Assembly: GCA_964391765.1 (NCBI GenBank)
Contig: CAYMNG010000001.1
Span: 25,812-79,264, forward strand
From: an uncultured Bifidobacteriaceae bacterium
GTDB taxonomy: Bacteria; Actinomycetota; Actinomycetes; S36-B12
DNA length: 53,453 nucleotides
Direction: 5' to 3'
Shown: piece by piece, positions 27,068 through 36,567 of the stretch
Position numbering within the stretch: the first letter of the stretch is position 1
Layout: each line of letters starts with the position of its first letter
Notes under the pieces: model-generated
Databases searched by the model: none
What the model saw: only the letters and a program-made list of their open reading frames with translations
What the model was told of the DNA's origin: nothing
Position numbers and translations under genes: made by a program

Positions 27068-29151
27068 GCGTTGCGAAGTCCCACGTTCCGGGACGACACG
27101 ACCACCGCGTGCCGCAGCAACGAACCCTGATCCAGACGGCGTGGGCGAGCATGCCCCGCGCCCTGGCGAAGTTCGACCCGCGCCATCTGGTCCACCAACC
27201 CGTCATCTTCGTCGTGTGGATCGGCTCGGCGCTGACCACCATCCTGTCGGTGCTTCACCCGTCGGTCTTCTCCATCGGCATCACTGTGTGGCTGTGGGCG
27301 ACGGTCCTGTTCGCCAACCTCGCCGAGGCGGTCGCCGAAGGCCGGGGCAAGGCGCAGGCGGCGACACTGCGGCGGACCCGAACCGAGACCACGGCCCGTC
27401 GACTGGGCGTGAACGGCGCCGAGGAGCACGTCTCCGGTCAGCAACTGCAGATCGGCGATCTCGTGGTCGTGGAGGCGGGCGAGGTCATTCCCGGCGACGG
27501 AGACGTCGTGGACGGTGTCGCAACCGTCGACGAGTCAGCGATCACCGGTGAGTCGGCCCCGGTCATCCGTGAGTCCGGTGGCGACCGATGTGCCGTGACC
27601 GGGGGCACGACCGTGCTCTCCGATCGAATTGTCGTGAAGGTCACGAGTAGGCCCGGTGAGACGTTCATCGACCGGATGATCGCGCTGGGCGAAGGGGCGT
27701 CGCGACAGAAGACGCCGAACGAGATCGCCCTGGGCATCCTTCTCGTCGTCCTGACACTGATCTTCGTACTCGCGGTGATGGCGCTGGGACCGATGGCGAT
27801 CTACTCGGGGCAGCAGTTGTCGGTGATCGTTCTCGTCGCTCTCCTGGTCTGCCTGATCCCCACCACGATCGGCGCACTCCTCTCGGCGATCGGGATCGCG
27901 GGAATGGACCGCCTCGTGCAGCGCAACGTGCTCGCGATGTCCGGACGAGCGGTCGAGGCAGCGGGTGACGTGTCCACGCTCCTGCTCGACAAGACCGGCA
28001 CGATCACCTACGGCAGTAGGCGCGCCAGCGAAGTGCTCCCCGTCGCGGGTGCGACCCGCGCCGAGTTGCTCGCGGCCGCGTACCTGTCCTCGCTGGCGGA
28101 CGAGACTCCCGAGGGACGCTCCATCGTCGATCTCGCGCTCGCCGAGGGCGTGACCAGCGATCTGGGGTCGGTCGCAGACCTGTTGCGCGACGACGCGAAG
28201 CTCGTTCCCTTCAGCGCGCACACTCGAATGTCCGGCGTCGATCTCGTTGACGGCACCTCGGTTCGGAAGGGCGCCGGTTCGGCCGTCGCGTCGTGGGTTC
28301 GCGAGGGTGGCGGGCGGATTGCCCACGATCTCGACGCGCACGTCGACCAGATCAGCTCCGCCGGCGGGACTCCACTGGTCGTCGCTGTCCGCCCACCCGG
28401 CCTGGTCCCACGCCACTTGGGAGTGATCTTCCTCAAGGACGTGGTCAAGCCCGGCATGGCAGCGCGATTCGAGGAGTTGCGCGCCATGGGCATCCGGACC
28501 GTGATGATCACGGGCGACAACCCGCTGACCGCCGCGGCGATCGCCCATGAGGCCGGTGTCGACGCCTTCATCGCCGAGGCGACTCCTGAGGACAAGATGG
28601 CGCTCATTCGGACGGAGCAGCAGGACGGTCGGTTGGTCGCCATGACCGGAGACGGCACGAACGACGCTCCGGCCCTCGCGCTCGCCGACGTCGGGGTCGC
28701 GATGAACACGGGTACGTCCGCGGCCAAGGAAGCCGGCAACATGGTCGACCTCGACTCCAACCCGACCAAGCTGATCGAGATCGTCGCCATCGGCAAGCAG
28801 TTGCTCATCGCGCGGGGGGCGTTGACAACGTTCTCGATCGCGAACGACGTCGCCAAGTCCTGCGCGATCATCCCTGCAATGTTCGTGGTCATCTTCCCCG
28901 GCCTGCAAGCACTCAACATCATGCGGCTGCACTCACCGCAGTCCGCGATGCTCTCCGCGGTGATCTTCAACGCGCTGGTCATCATCGCGCTGATCCCCCT
29001 GGCACTGCGCGGTGTCGCCTATCGGCCGCTGAGCGCTCCGGCGATGCTGCGCCGAAACCTGCTCGTGTACGGGCTGGGCGGGCTGCTCGCCCCGTTCCTC
29101 GGAATCAAGTTGATCGACCTCGTCGTCTCGGCCCTGCCCGGGCTGAGCTGA
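27064..29151 (+). CDS. kdpB: potassium-transporting P-type ATPase subunit B
   Basis: The ATG at 27064 overlaps the kdpA TGA. Motifs DKTGTIT, MITGDN and [10 protein letters not shown] are present. Length is 695 aa. Confidence 0.95.
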   Translation: MSVAKSHVPGRHDHRVPQQRTLIQTAWASMPRALAKFDPRHLVHQPVIFVVWIGSALTTILSVLHPSVFSIGITVWLWATVLFANLAEAVAEGRGKAQAATLRRTRTETTARRLGVNGAEEHVSGQQLQIGDLVVVEAGEVIPGDGDVVDGVATVDESAITGESAPVIRESGGDRCAVTGGTTVLSDRIVVKVTSRPGETFIDRMIALGEGASRQKTPNEIALGILLVVLTLIFVLAVMALGPMAIYSGQQLSVIVLVALLVCLIPTTIGALLSAIGIAGMDRLVQRNVLAMSGRAVEAAGDVSTLLLDKTGTITYGSRRASEVLPVAGATRAELLAAAYLSSLADETPEGRSIVDLALAEGVTSDLGSVADLLRDDAKLVPFSAHTRMSGVDLVDGTSVRKGAGSAVASWVREGGGRIAHDLDAHVDQISSAGGTPLVVAVRPPGLVPRHLGVIFLKDVVKPGMAARFEELRAMGIRTVMITGDNPLTAAAIAHEAGVDAFIAEATPEDKMALIRTEQQDGRLVAMTGDGTNDAPALALADVGVAMNTGTSAAKEAGNMVDLDSNPTKLIEIVAIGKQLLIARGALTTFSIANDVAKSCAIIPAMFVVIFPGLQALNIMRLHSPQSAMLSAVIFNALVIIALIPLALRGVAYRPLSAPAMLRRNLLVYGLGGLLAPFLGIKLIDLVVSALPGLS

Positions 29152-29170
29152 CCCCAAGGAAGGAGCCGAC

Positions 29171-29758
29171 ATGCGTCTTGCCATCCACGCCTGGGCCGCG
29201 ACCAAGGTCCTTCTCGTGCTGACCGTGCTGCTCGGCATCGCGTACCCGCTGGCGATGACCGTGGTGGCGCAAGCCGAGACCGTCCAGGCACATGGGTCGC
29301 TCATCGAGGCCAATGGACGCGTCGTGGGCTCGCGTCTTCTCGGGCAGGCAGCGTCCGACCCGCGGTGGTTCCAGGCCCGGCCGTCGGCGAGCGACTATTC
29401 AGGCGACACCAGCGGCGGCTCGAACTGGGGACCGGCCGCACCGCAGTTGGCCCAGTCCGTCGCCGACCGGGAGCGCGCACTCCGCACAGCGAACCCCAAC
29501 GCGCCGGGTGGACCGATCCCGCCGGATGCGTTGACCGCGAGCGGCAGCGGCCTGGATCCTGAGATCTCTCCGGCGTACGCCGCTTGGCAGACTCCACGGG
29601 TCGCCACTTCGTGGGGGGTCCCGGTCTCGGAGGTCCAGCAGTTAGTCACCGAGAACACCGATCGGGCCTTCTTGGGGTTTCTGGGCGCTGACCGGGTCAA
29701 CGTCACGAAGTTGAACGTCGCCCTCGCTGTGTACGGAGCCACGCACTCGATCAGGTAG
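29171..29758 (+). CDS. kdpC: potassium-transporting ATPase subunit C
   Basis: 195 aa with an N-terminal TM helix. GSNWGP...LTASGSGLDPEISP is typical of KdpC. Confidence 0.9.
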   Translation: MRLAIHAWAATKVLLVLTVLLGIAYPLAMTVVAQAETVQAHGSLIEANGRVVGSRLLGQAASDPRWFQARPSASDYSGDTSGGSNWGPAAPQLAQSVADRERALRTANPNAPGGPIPPDALTASGSGLDPEISPAYAAWQTPRVATSWGVPVSEVQQLVTENTDRAFLGFLGADRVNVTKLNVALAVYGATHSIR

Positions 29759-29771
29759 GAGAGAATCGGCC

Positions 29772-32339
29772 ATGGCACGCGGCCTATTGCGGATCTACCT
29801 CGGCGCGGCTCCAGGGGTCGGCAAGACCCTCGCGATGCTCGGTGAGGGAGCCCGACGCCAGGCACGGGGAACCGACGTCGTCGTGGGCCTTGTCGAGACA
29901 CATGGCCGACCGAAGACCGAAGCCATGCTCGACGGACTTGAGATCGTGCCGCGCCGCACCCTCGTGCATCGCGGTGCGACGTTGACCGAGATGGACCTCG
30001 ACGCGGTTCTCGCTCGCCGTCCCGAGGTGGTGCTCGTGGACGAACTCGCCCACACGAACGTCCCGGGGTCGCGCCACGAGAAGCGCTGGCAGGACATCAA
30101 GGAACTCCTCGACGCCGGTATCGACGTGATCTCCACGGTGAACATCCAGCACTTGGAGTCACTCAACGACGCGGTGGAAGACATCACCGGAGTCGTGCAA
30201 CACGAGACCGTCCCGGACAGCGTCGTCCGCGAGGCGGACCAGATCGAGTTGGTCGACATGTCGCCGGAGGCGTTGCGACGCCGGATGGCCCACGGGAACA
30301 TCTACCAGGCCGAGAAGGTCGATGCCGCGCTGTCGAACTACTTCCGCGTCGGAAACCTCGCTGCGCTTCGGGAACTCGCGCTGCTCTGGTTGGCGGACCG
30401 GGTGGACGAGGGCTTGGATCGCTACCGTCAGACCCACGACATCGTGGCCACCTGGCCAACGCGCGAACGGGTCCTCGTCGCGGTGTCCGGTGGCCCGGAG
30501 TCCGAGACGCTCCTGCGCCGCGGTGCGCGGATCGCCTCGCGGGGCGCCGGCGGGGAATTGGTCGCCGGATACGTCGCCCGGGCCGACGGACTAGTCGGAG
30601 CACCGGTGGAGGCCCTCGCTCGCGTGCGCCGGCTGACCGAAGAACTCGGCGGTTCCTTCCATATCGTGACCGGCGAGGACCGCGCGCGGGCGATCTTGGA
30701 GTTGGCACGGGCCGAGAACGCGTCCACGGTCGTGATGGGGGTCAGCCGCCAGACGCGATGGCACCAGGTGCTGGGTCAGGGCGTGGTCTCGGCGGTCATC
30801 GCCGACGCAGGCGACATCGACGTACACGTCGTCAATCACCCGTACGCCGGTCGTGGAAAGCGCACAAGCGGCCTCGCGCTCTCGCGCGCCCGGATCGGGG
30901 CAGGGTTCGCGGCGGGGCTCATCGGTGCCGTCGTGCTGACCGCACTACTGGTCGTGCTCGACCACGAATTCGCCGAACCGGTCGGACTTCCGCTGATCGT
31001 CCAGCTCTACCTGGTGCTCACCGTCACGACGGCACTCGTCGGCGGGATGTGGCCAGCGGTCACGACTGCCGTTGCATCATCTGTACTGGTGAACTGGTTC
31101 TTCACGCCCCCGATCGACGCACTGACGATCTCCAGCCCCGAGAACGTGGCCGTCCTCGCCCTCTTCCTCGTGGTTGCCGCGTTGGTGTCCTTCGTCGTGC
31201 ACCGAAGCTCACGGCGCGCGGCGGTCGCGGTTCGCGCCCAGGCGGAATCGACCGCGCTGGTCGAACTGTCACACACCCTGCTCGGCTCCACCGAACAGCT
31301 CGAACTCCTGCTGCGGCGCGCAGTGGACATGTTCGGTGTATCCGGGGCGGCGATCATCCGTCGGCCGACACCGCAGAGCAGTCAAGCCGTCGTCGTCGCC
31401 CACAGTGACGCCTTCGACCCGACCGCCGACCCCCGAACCACCGAATCGATCGATGGCGACCACGAACTGGTCCTTGTCGGCGGCCTGGTGCCGGCCGAAC
31501 GTCGACGCCTGCTCGCCGCGTACGCGGCCCATGCCGGCGCGATCCTTGCGCGCCGCGAATACCAACAGATCGCCCAGTCGGCCGAAGAGCTGTCCCGCGA
31601 TAACCGCGCGCGCACCGCCTTGTTGTCGGCGGTGTCCCACGATCTGCGTACGCCACTCGCGGGCATCAAGGCCGCTATCGGAAGCCTGCGCAGCACCGAG
31701 GTCTCGTTCAGCCCGCAGGACCGGGCCGAACTCGAGGCCGCGATAGAGGAGTCGACTGACCGCCTCGACGCGCTGATCGGCAACTTGCTGGACATGTCCC
31801 GGCTGCAAGCCGGCGCGTTGGTCGCCAGTCCACGTCCGGTCGATCTCGGCGAGGTGATCCCCTCGACGCTTCGCGCTTGCACAGCGCCGGAACGAGTTAG
31901 CTGGAGCCTGGCCCAAGGCGCGCGAGCGGCTGTGGCTGACCCTGGCCTGCTCGACCGGGTCGTGAGCAATCTGGTCGAGAACGCACTGCGCCACCAGCAA
32001 TCCCCCGGACCGATCCGCGTGGCGACCAGCCGGCACGATGACCGGATCGAGATCCGAGTGGTCGATCAGGGCCGAGGCGTTCCCGAGCAGCAACGCGAGC
32101 GCATCTTCCTGCCCTTCCAACGTCATGGCGACTCCGGTGACGACGGCCTCGGCCTCGGCCTGGCCGTCGCGAAAGGACTCAGCGAGGCAATGGGTGGAAG
32201 GCTGGCTGCCGAGGACACGCCCGGCGGGGGCTCACGATGGTCGTCGTCCTTCCTGCTCCGACGAACACGCCCCTCGCCGGACGGACGTCGCCGACGAAGG
32301 AGGAGCCGACATGAGCAGCCGGGTGTTGGTCGTCGATGA
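29772..32339 (+). CDS. kdpD: sensor histidine kinase KdpD, with an apparent -1 frameshift in a G5 run near 32226-32230 that replaces the native C-terminus
   Basis: N-terminal KdpD P-loop GAAPGVGKT, Usp-like region, 4 TM helices, a GAF-like region, H-box SHDLRTPL and an HATPase domain. The tail ...DTPGGG then continues as SRWSSSFLL... Shifting by one base gives LTMVVVLPAP...EEPT with a TGA overlapping the kdpE ATG. Confidence 0.85.
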   Translation: MARGLLRIYLGAAPGVGKTLAMLGEGARRQARGTDVVVGLVETHGRPKTEAMLDGLEIVPRRTLVHRGATLTEMDLDAVLARRPEVVLVDELAHTNVPGSRHEKRWQDIKELLDAGIDVISTVNIQHLESLNDAVEDITGVVQHETVPDSVVREADQIELVDMSPEALRRRMAHGNIYQAEKVDAALSNYFRVGNLAALRELALLWLADRVDEGLDRYRQTHDIVATWPTRERVLVAVSGGPESETLLRRGARIASRGAGGELVAGYVARADGLVGAPVEALARVRRLTEELGGSFHIVTGEDRARAILELARAENASTVVMGVSRQTRWHQVLGQGVVSAVIADAGDIDVHVVNHPYAGRGKRTSGLALSRARIGAGFAAGLIGAVVLTALLVVLDHEFAEPVGLPLIVQLYLVLTVTTALVGGMWPAVTTAVASSVLVNWFFTPPIDALTISSPENVAVLALFLVVAALVSFVVHRSSRRAAVAVRAQAESTALVELSHTLLGSTEQLELLLRRAVDMFGVSGAAIIRRPTPQSSQAVVVAHSDAFDPTADPRTTESIDGDHELVLVGGLVPAERRRLLAAYAAHAGAILARREYQQIAQSAEELSRDNRARTALLSAVSHDLRTPLAGIKAAIGSLRSTEVSFSPQDRAELEAAIEESTDRLDALIGNLLDMSRLQAGALVASPRPVDLGEVIPSTLRACTAPERVSWSLAQGARAAVADPGLLDRVVSNLVENALRHQQSPGPIRVATSRHDDRIEIRVVDQGRGVPEQQRERIFLPFQRHGDSGDDGLGLGLAVAKGLSEAMGGRLAAEDTPGGGSRWSSSFLLRRTRPSPDGRRRRRRSRHEQPGVGRR

Positions 32340-32991
32340 CGATGCGACGATCCTGCGCACTCTGCGGATCAACCTGCGAGCCCGTGGATTCGACGTCGAG
32401 ACGGTCACCTGCGGGCGCGACGCGCTCACGACGATGAGCGCACTCGAACCCGATGTGGTCATCCTCGATCTCGGATTGCCCGACCTGGACGGCGTCGACG
32501 TGTTGCGTCGTATCCGAGCGCATAGCCGGGTGCCGGTGATCGTGCTGTCCGCCCGCCACCAGAGCGACGACAAGGTCGAGGCGCTGGACGAAGGCGCCGA
32601 CGACTACGTAACCAAACCATTCGGGATGGACGAGTTGATGGCACGTGTTCGCGCAGCACTGCGGCGCGACGGCCTCGACGCACCCGCCGCGCCAGCGTTC
32701 GTGACCCAGCACTTCAGTCTCGACTTCGACACTCGAACCGCGCTCGTCGACCAGGCTCCCGTCCACCTGACCCCGACCGAGTGGCGACTTCTCGCCGAAC
32801 TCGCACGCCACGGCGGCAGGGTCGTGCCGCACGAGACACTGCTCAAGTCCGCCTGGGGTCCGACGTACGGCCGCGAATCGCACTACCTGAGGGTCTATGC
32901 CAATCTCCTGCGTCGCAAACTCGAACTGGACCCCGCGCGACCGGTGTACCTGCTCACCGAGCCGGGAGTCGGCTATCGACTCGTGCAGTGA
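32311..32991 (+). CDS. kdpE: OmpR-family response regulator KdpE
   Basis: From the ATG at 32311 (MSSRVLVVDDD...). It has a receiver domain (VILDLGLPDLDG, KPF) and a winged-helix domain (LTPTEWRLL...GVGYRL). Length is 226 aa. Confidence 0.9.
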   Translation: MSSRVLVVDDDATILRTLRINLRARGFDVETVTCGRDALTTMSALEPDVVILDLGLPDLDGVDVLRRIRAHSRVPVIVLSARHQSDDKVEALDEGADDYVTKPFGMDELMARVRAALRRDGLDAPAAPAFVTQHFSLDFDTRTALVDQAPVHLTPTEWRLLAELARHGGRVVPHETLLKSAWGPTYGRESHYLRVYANLLRRKLELDPARPVYLLTEPGVGYRLVQ

Positions 32992-33035
32992 CCGTCGCCC
33001 AGCGCGCATGAGCCCGTCCTGGATGCGTCGAAGGG

Positions 33036-33064
33036 TTGCACGCAGCGGGTCCATGCCCTACCGT
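33036..33064 (+). promoter_or_regulatory. candidate promoter of the tracrRNA
   Basis: TTGCAC (33036-33041), a 17-nt spacer, then TACCGT (33059-33064, TANNNT type). This predicts a transcription start near 33070-33072. Confidence 0.35.
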
Positions 33065-33070
33065 GGCGGC

Positions 33071-33160
33071 CGAGGTGTGGAGAGACACTTCCCAATAAGG
33101 CGAGGCCACTGGCCTCGTCAGAACTCTCAGCCCCCGTGCTCGCACGGGGGCTCGTTCTTT
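33071..33160 (+). ncRNA. tracrRNA (predicted)
   Basis: The anti-repeat TGTGGAGAGAC-ACTTCCCAAT (33076-33096) is complementary to the minus-strand repeat, with a 6-nt crRNA bulge. It is followed by AAGG and the 7-bp hairpin CGAGGCC-ACTG-GGCCTCG. A 10-bp hairpin AGCCCCCGTG-CTCG-CACGGGGGCT and CGTTCTTT come next. The 5' end is inferred only. Confidence 0.8.
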
Positions 33161-33270
33161 CCCGGGCGGCGGCACCGGGCCCCGGCACTGCCGGCCGACC
33201 CAGACCGATGGCGCCTGTCACCCCGGCGCGCTAGGTTCGATCGAACGGGTCGAGCAACGGGGTGATGACA

Positions 33271-36200
33271 ATGGCGGTACGGATCGGGATCGACGTCGGC
33301 GAGCGGTCGGTCGGCTTCAGTGCCGTCGCCTACGACGAACTCGGCATGCCGGTCGCGATCCTGGCTGCGGTCAGCCACATCCACGATGGCGGTCAGGATC
33401 CGGACACCGGCAAGAGCCCAAAGAGTCGGCTCGCCACAGCGGGTGTCGCCCGCCGCACCCGACGCCTGGTCCGCAACCGTCGGCGCCGGCTACGCCGGCT
33501 GGACGACGCCCTGCGCGAGCACGGGCTCCCGGTCCCCGATCGGGAGATCCCGCAGACCCACGACGCCTGGCACGCGCGTGCCCGACTCGTCGAGGAGGTC
33601 GTCGCCGATCCCGTCGAACGAGCCGAACTGGTGTCGTTGGCCGCACGCCACATCGCGCGGCACCGCGGCTGGCGCAACCCCTGGTGGTCGTACGAGCGGC
33701 TCGCCGAGGCGCCGACGCCGTCGGACGCGTTCGCGCTGACGTTGGCGGCCGCGCAGGAGCGCTACCCCGACACCCTCGCGCACGTGCGAACGATGGGGCA
33801 GATGGTCAGCACGCTCGCGGCAAGGGGCATTCCGATCCGGCCCACCAAGCACGCCCGCGAGAATCCCCTCGGTCCGCTCATGGCGCATCAGGTCCAGCAG
33901 GAGGACTCCCTCGCCGAACTCGCGGTCATCCTCACCACCCAGGGTCTGCCCGCACCGGCCGTCGATGCGCTCTGCCGTGCCGCGATGTCGCAGTTCCGAC
34001 CGCACATCCCGAGGGACCGCATCGGCGCGTGTGCGCTGCAACCGGACCAACTCCGCGCACCCATCGCGTCCTTGGAGTTCCAGGAGTTCCGCGTCCGGCA
34101 GAAGGCCGGTGACCTTCGGGTCCGCCGCGGGCCGGACAAGCGACGCCTCGCCGACGCCGAGTACGACGCGGTGGTCGAGTTCCTGCTCACCTGGCGCGAC
34201 GAGGTCCGGCCGCGGTGGCGGGACGTCGCCGAACACCTCGGCTTGGGACCACGCGACCTCGTCGACGACAGCCTCGACGGCTCGGCCTCGACGAACGCCC
34301 CGATGGACCGCACGTCCGCCAAGGTCGAGGAGAAGCTGAAGGCGAAGTCCGTGGTCGGTGCGTGGTGGCTCGCCGCCGATCGTGACGAGCGCAGCGAGTT
34401 GATCGCGACCATCACCGACCTATCCGGCGAGGACGGCGACATTGTCAGCGAGTCACTGGCCGAACTGCTCGACGACGAGGAGGTCCTCGAACACCTCGAC
34501 AAGCTGAGTTCCTCACTGGAGTCCGGCCGTGCGATGTACAGCCAGGACACCCTGGCCACGCTCAATGAGGTCATGCGCTATCGGCGTTGTGACCTGCACA
34601 CTGCCCGCAAGGAGGCCTTCGGCGTCGACGACACGTGGCAGCCGCCGCGACCCAGTTTCGACGACGCGATCGAGCATCCCACCGTCGCCCGGGTGAACAC
34701 CGTGACCCGCCGCTTCCTCATGACCGCGGTCGCCAAATGGGGCATGCCCGAGGCCATCGTGGTCGAACACGTTCGCGACGCGTTCGCCGGGCCGACGGCG
34801 CTCGCCGAGATCCGCAGCGAGATCCGGCTGAACACCCATCGCCGCGAGGGGATCGCGAAGTCCCTGAAGGAGCAGGGCATTCCCGACGTGACCCGTCGCG
34901 ACATCAAGCGCAACGAGTGCGTCGATCGGCAGAACTGCGTGTGCCTGTACTGCGGCAGAACGATCACGCTGCTCACCTGTGAACTCGACCACATCCTGCC
35001 GCGGGCCGGGGGCGGCAGCAGCCGCCGAGACAACCTCGTCGCCGTCTGCGGTGAGTGCAACCGCGCCAAGGGGAAGCTCTCCTTCCCCGCGTTCGTCGCG
35101 AAGTCGCACGACCCGGCGATCACCGTCGAGGCCGCCCAGGCCCGGGTCCGCGCCTGGCACAAGATGGGCATGTCGGTGAAGTCGTTCAGCCGGCTGAAGG
35201 CCGACGTCGTCCGCCGACTGGCTCTCACCGAGGACGACGACACCGACGAGCGTTCGCTGGAGTCGACCGCGTACGCCGCTCGCGAGATGCGCGCACGGAT
35301 CGAGACCTTCTTGGATGAGCAGGCCGTTCGCCTGCAGGTCGAACGCGGCACCGTTCTCGTGTTCTCCGGCGCGATCACGAGCGAGGCCCGCAAGGCCGGC
35401 GGCGTCGACGATCGCATCCGGTTGCGGTCGTTCACCCGCAAGTCGCGCTTTGACCGACGCCACCACGCTGTCGACGCCGCGGTGCTCACGACCCTCGACG
35501 CCGGCGCCGCCCGAACACTGCGCGAGCGCATGATGCTGCAACGCGACAACCGGGATACCCGCAAGGACCCCGAGTGGAAGGAGTACCGCGGCGCGACCCC
35601 GGGCGCCCAGGAGACGTACGGCCGGTGGGCGGAACGGATCAAGGCACTGGCCGTCCTGCTCGAAGGGGCGATCAGCGACGACCGGATCGCGGTCGCCCGC
35701 CCGTTGCGCCTGGTGCCGCGGGTCGGCGCGGTCCACAAGGACACCGTCGAGCCGCTGATCCGCAAGTCGATCGGCGACGCGTTCAGCCGGGCCGAGGTCC
35801 TGCGCGTGACCAATCGCGGGCTGTTCACGAAGTTGGTCGCACTCGCGGCTGGCGGTGACCTCGATGCCGATCCGACCCGAAGCGAGGTCCTCCGCTGGGA
35901 TCCAGCCCGTCCGGTCGAGTTGTTCCCGTCGAACGCCGCGTACCTCCCGGTGCGCGGCGGTGCCGTCGCGATCGGCGACACCATCAAGTGGGCACAGGTG
36001 TTCGCCTGGCCGAGCAGGAGCGGCTTCGACTACGGGATGATCCGCCTGTACGGCGGGGAGTTCGCTCGCATCGGCTTCGGCGGTCCTGGCAGCGACTTCC
36101 TCAGGACGCTGCCGCCGGCCTGGAGCCAGGCCATGCGCACCGCCAACGCGACCCTCCTCTCCCGAATCCTTCGTGGCGAAGCCCGGCAGATCGGCTGGCT

Positions 36201-36567
36201 GGCGCGGCACGACGAACTCAGCACCGACCCGGTCGGGCTCATCGCCGGCGCGGACAAGGTGAGCGAGTTCCTGCGCGAGGTTCCCGAACGGCGCTGGATC
36301 GTCGCTGGCTTCTTCGACCCGGGGAGGATCACGATCTCCCCGGCCTATCTCGCGGCCGAAGGCCTCGACGACGAGATGTCCGAGGCCATCAAGACCGTCG
36401 TCGGCACCTCGCAAGGCGGGGTGCCACTCGCGGTCAACCGGGTCCTTGGCGTCGACGGTGCGTGCGTCATCCGCCGCACAATCACCGGTGCCCCACGATG
36501 GACCGGTACGGGTCTGCCCGTCTCGTGGAACGTCCGGGAGGCGGCCGAGAAGGCGTTCTCGCAGTGA
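33271..36567 (+). CDS. cas9: Cas9 endonuclease, type II-C, actinobacterial lineage
   Basis: ORF 33262..36567; alternative starts are GTG 33262, ATG 33265 and ATG 33271 (after GGGGTGA). RuvC-I IGIDVGERSVG; Arg-rich bridge helix RRTRRLVRNRRRRLRRL; HIARHRGWRNPW; RuvC-II IVVEHVRD. The HNH domain reads CVCLYCG...ELDHILP...CGECNRAKG. RuvC-III is RRHHAVDAAV. All catalytic residues are present. Confidence 0.95.
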   Translation: MAVRIGIDVGERSVGFSAVAYDELGMPVAILAAVSHIHDGGQDPDTGKSPKSRLATAGVARRTRRLVRNRRRRLRRLDDALREHGLPVPDREIPQTHDAWHARARLVEEVVADPVERAELVSLAARHIARHRGWRNPWWSYERLAEAPTPSDAFALTLAAAQERYPDTLAHVRTMGQMVSTLAARGIPIRPTKHARENPLGPLMAHQVQQEDSLAELAVILTTQGLPAPAVDALCRAAMSQFRPHIPRDRIGACALQPDQLRAPIASLEFQEFRVRQKAGDLRVRRGPDKRRLADAEYDAVVEFLLTWRDEVRPRWRDVAEHLGLGPRDLVDDSLDGSASTNAPMDRTSAKVEEKLKAKSVVGAWWLAADRDERSELIATITDLSGEDGDIVSESLAELLDDEEVLEHLDKLSSSLESGRAMYSQDTLATLNEVMRYRRCDLHTARKEAFGVDDTWQPPRPSFDDAIEHPTVARVNTVTRRFLMTAVAKWGMPEAIVVEHVRDAFAGPTALAEIRSEIRLNTHRREGIAKSLKEQGIPDVTRRDIKRNECVDRQNCVCLYCGRTITLLTCELDHILPRAGGGSSRRDNLVAVCGECNRAKGKLSFPAFVAKSHDPAITVEAAQARVRAWHKMGMSVKSFSRLKADVVRRLALTEDDDTDERSLESTAYAAREMRARIETFLDEQAVRLQVERGTVLVFSGAITSEARKAGGVDDRIRLRSFTRKSRFDRRHHAVDAAVLTTLDAGAARTLRERMMLQRDNRDTRKDPEWKEYRGATPGAQETYGRWAERIKALAVLLEGAISDDRIAVARPLRLVPRVGAVHKDTVEPLIRKSIGDAFSRAEVLRVTNRGLFTKLVALAAGGDLDADPTRSEVLRWDPARPVELFPSNAAYLPVRGGAVAIGDTIKWAQVFAWPSRSGFDYGMIRLYGGEFARIGFGGPGSDFLRTLPPAWSQAMRTANATLLSRILRGEARQIGWLARHDELSTDPVGLIAGADKVSEFLREVPERRWIVAGFFDPGRITISPAYLAAEGLDDEMSEAIKTVVGTSQGGVPLAVNRVLGVDGACVIRRTITGAPRWTGTGLPVSWNVREAAEKAFSQ

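Noticed and set aside
32992-33075. A long-form tracrRNA acting as a natural single guide to autorepress cas9 (a repeat-like GTTGGGAAG segment upstream of the anti-repeat).
   Set aside because: No repeat-like sequence is present on the plus strand between kdpE and the anti-repeat, so there is no sequence support.
33201-33237. A sigma-70-like promoter for cas9 (TGTCAC ... TAGGTT).
   Set aside because: The spacing between the -35-like and -10-like hexamers is only 10 nt. Only the TANNNT hexamer and the adjacent palindrome are noted, under findings.
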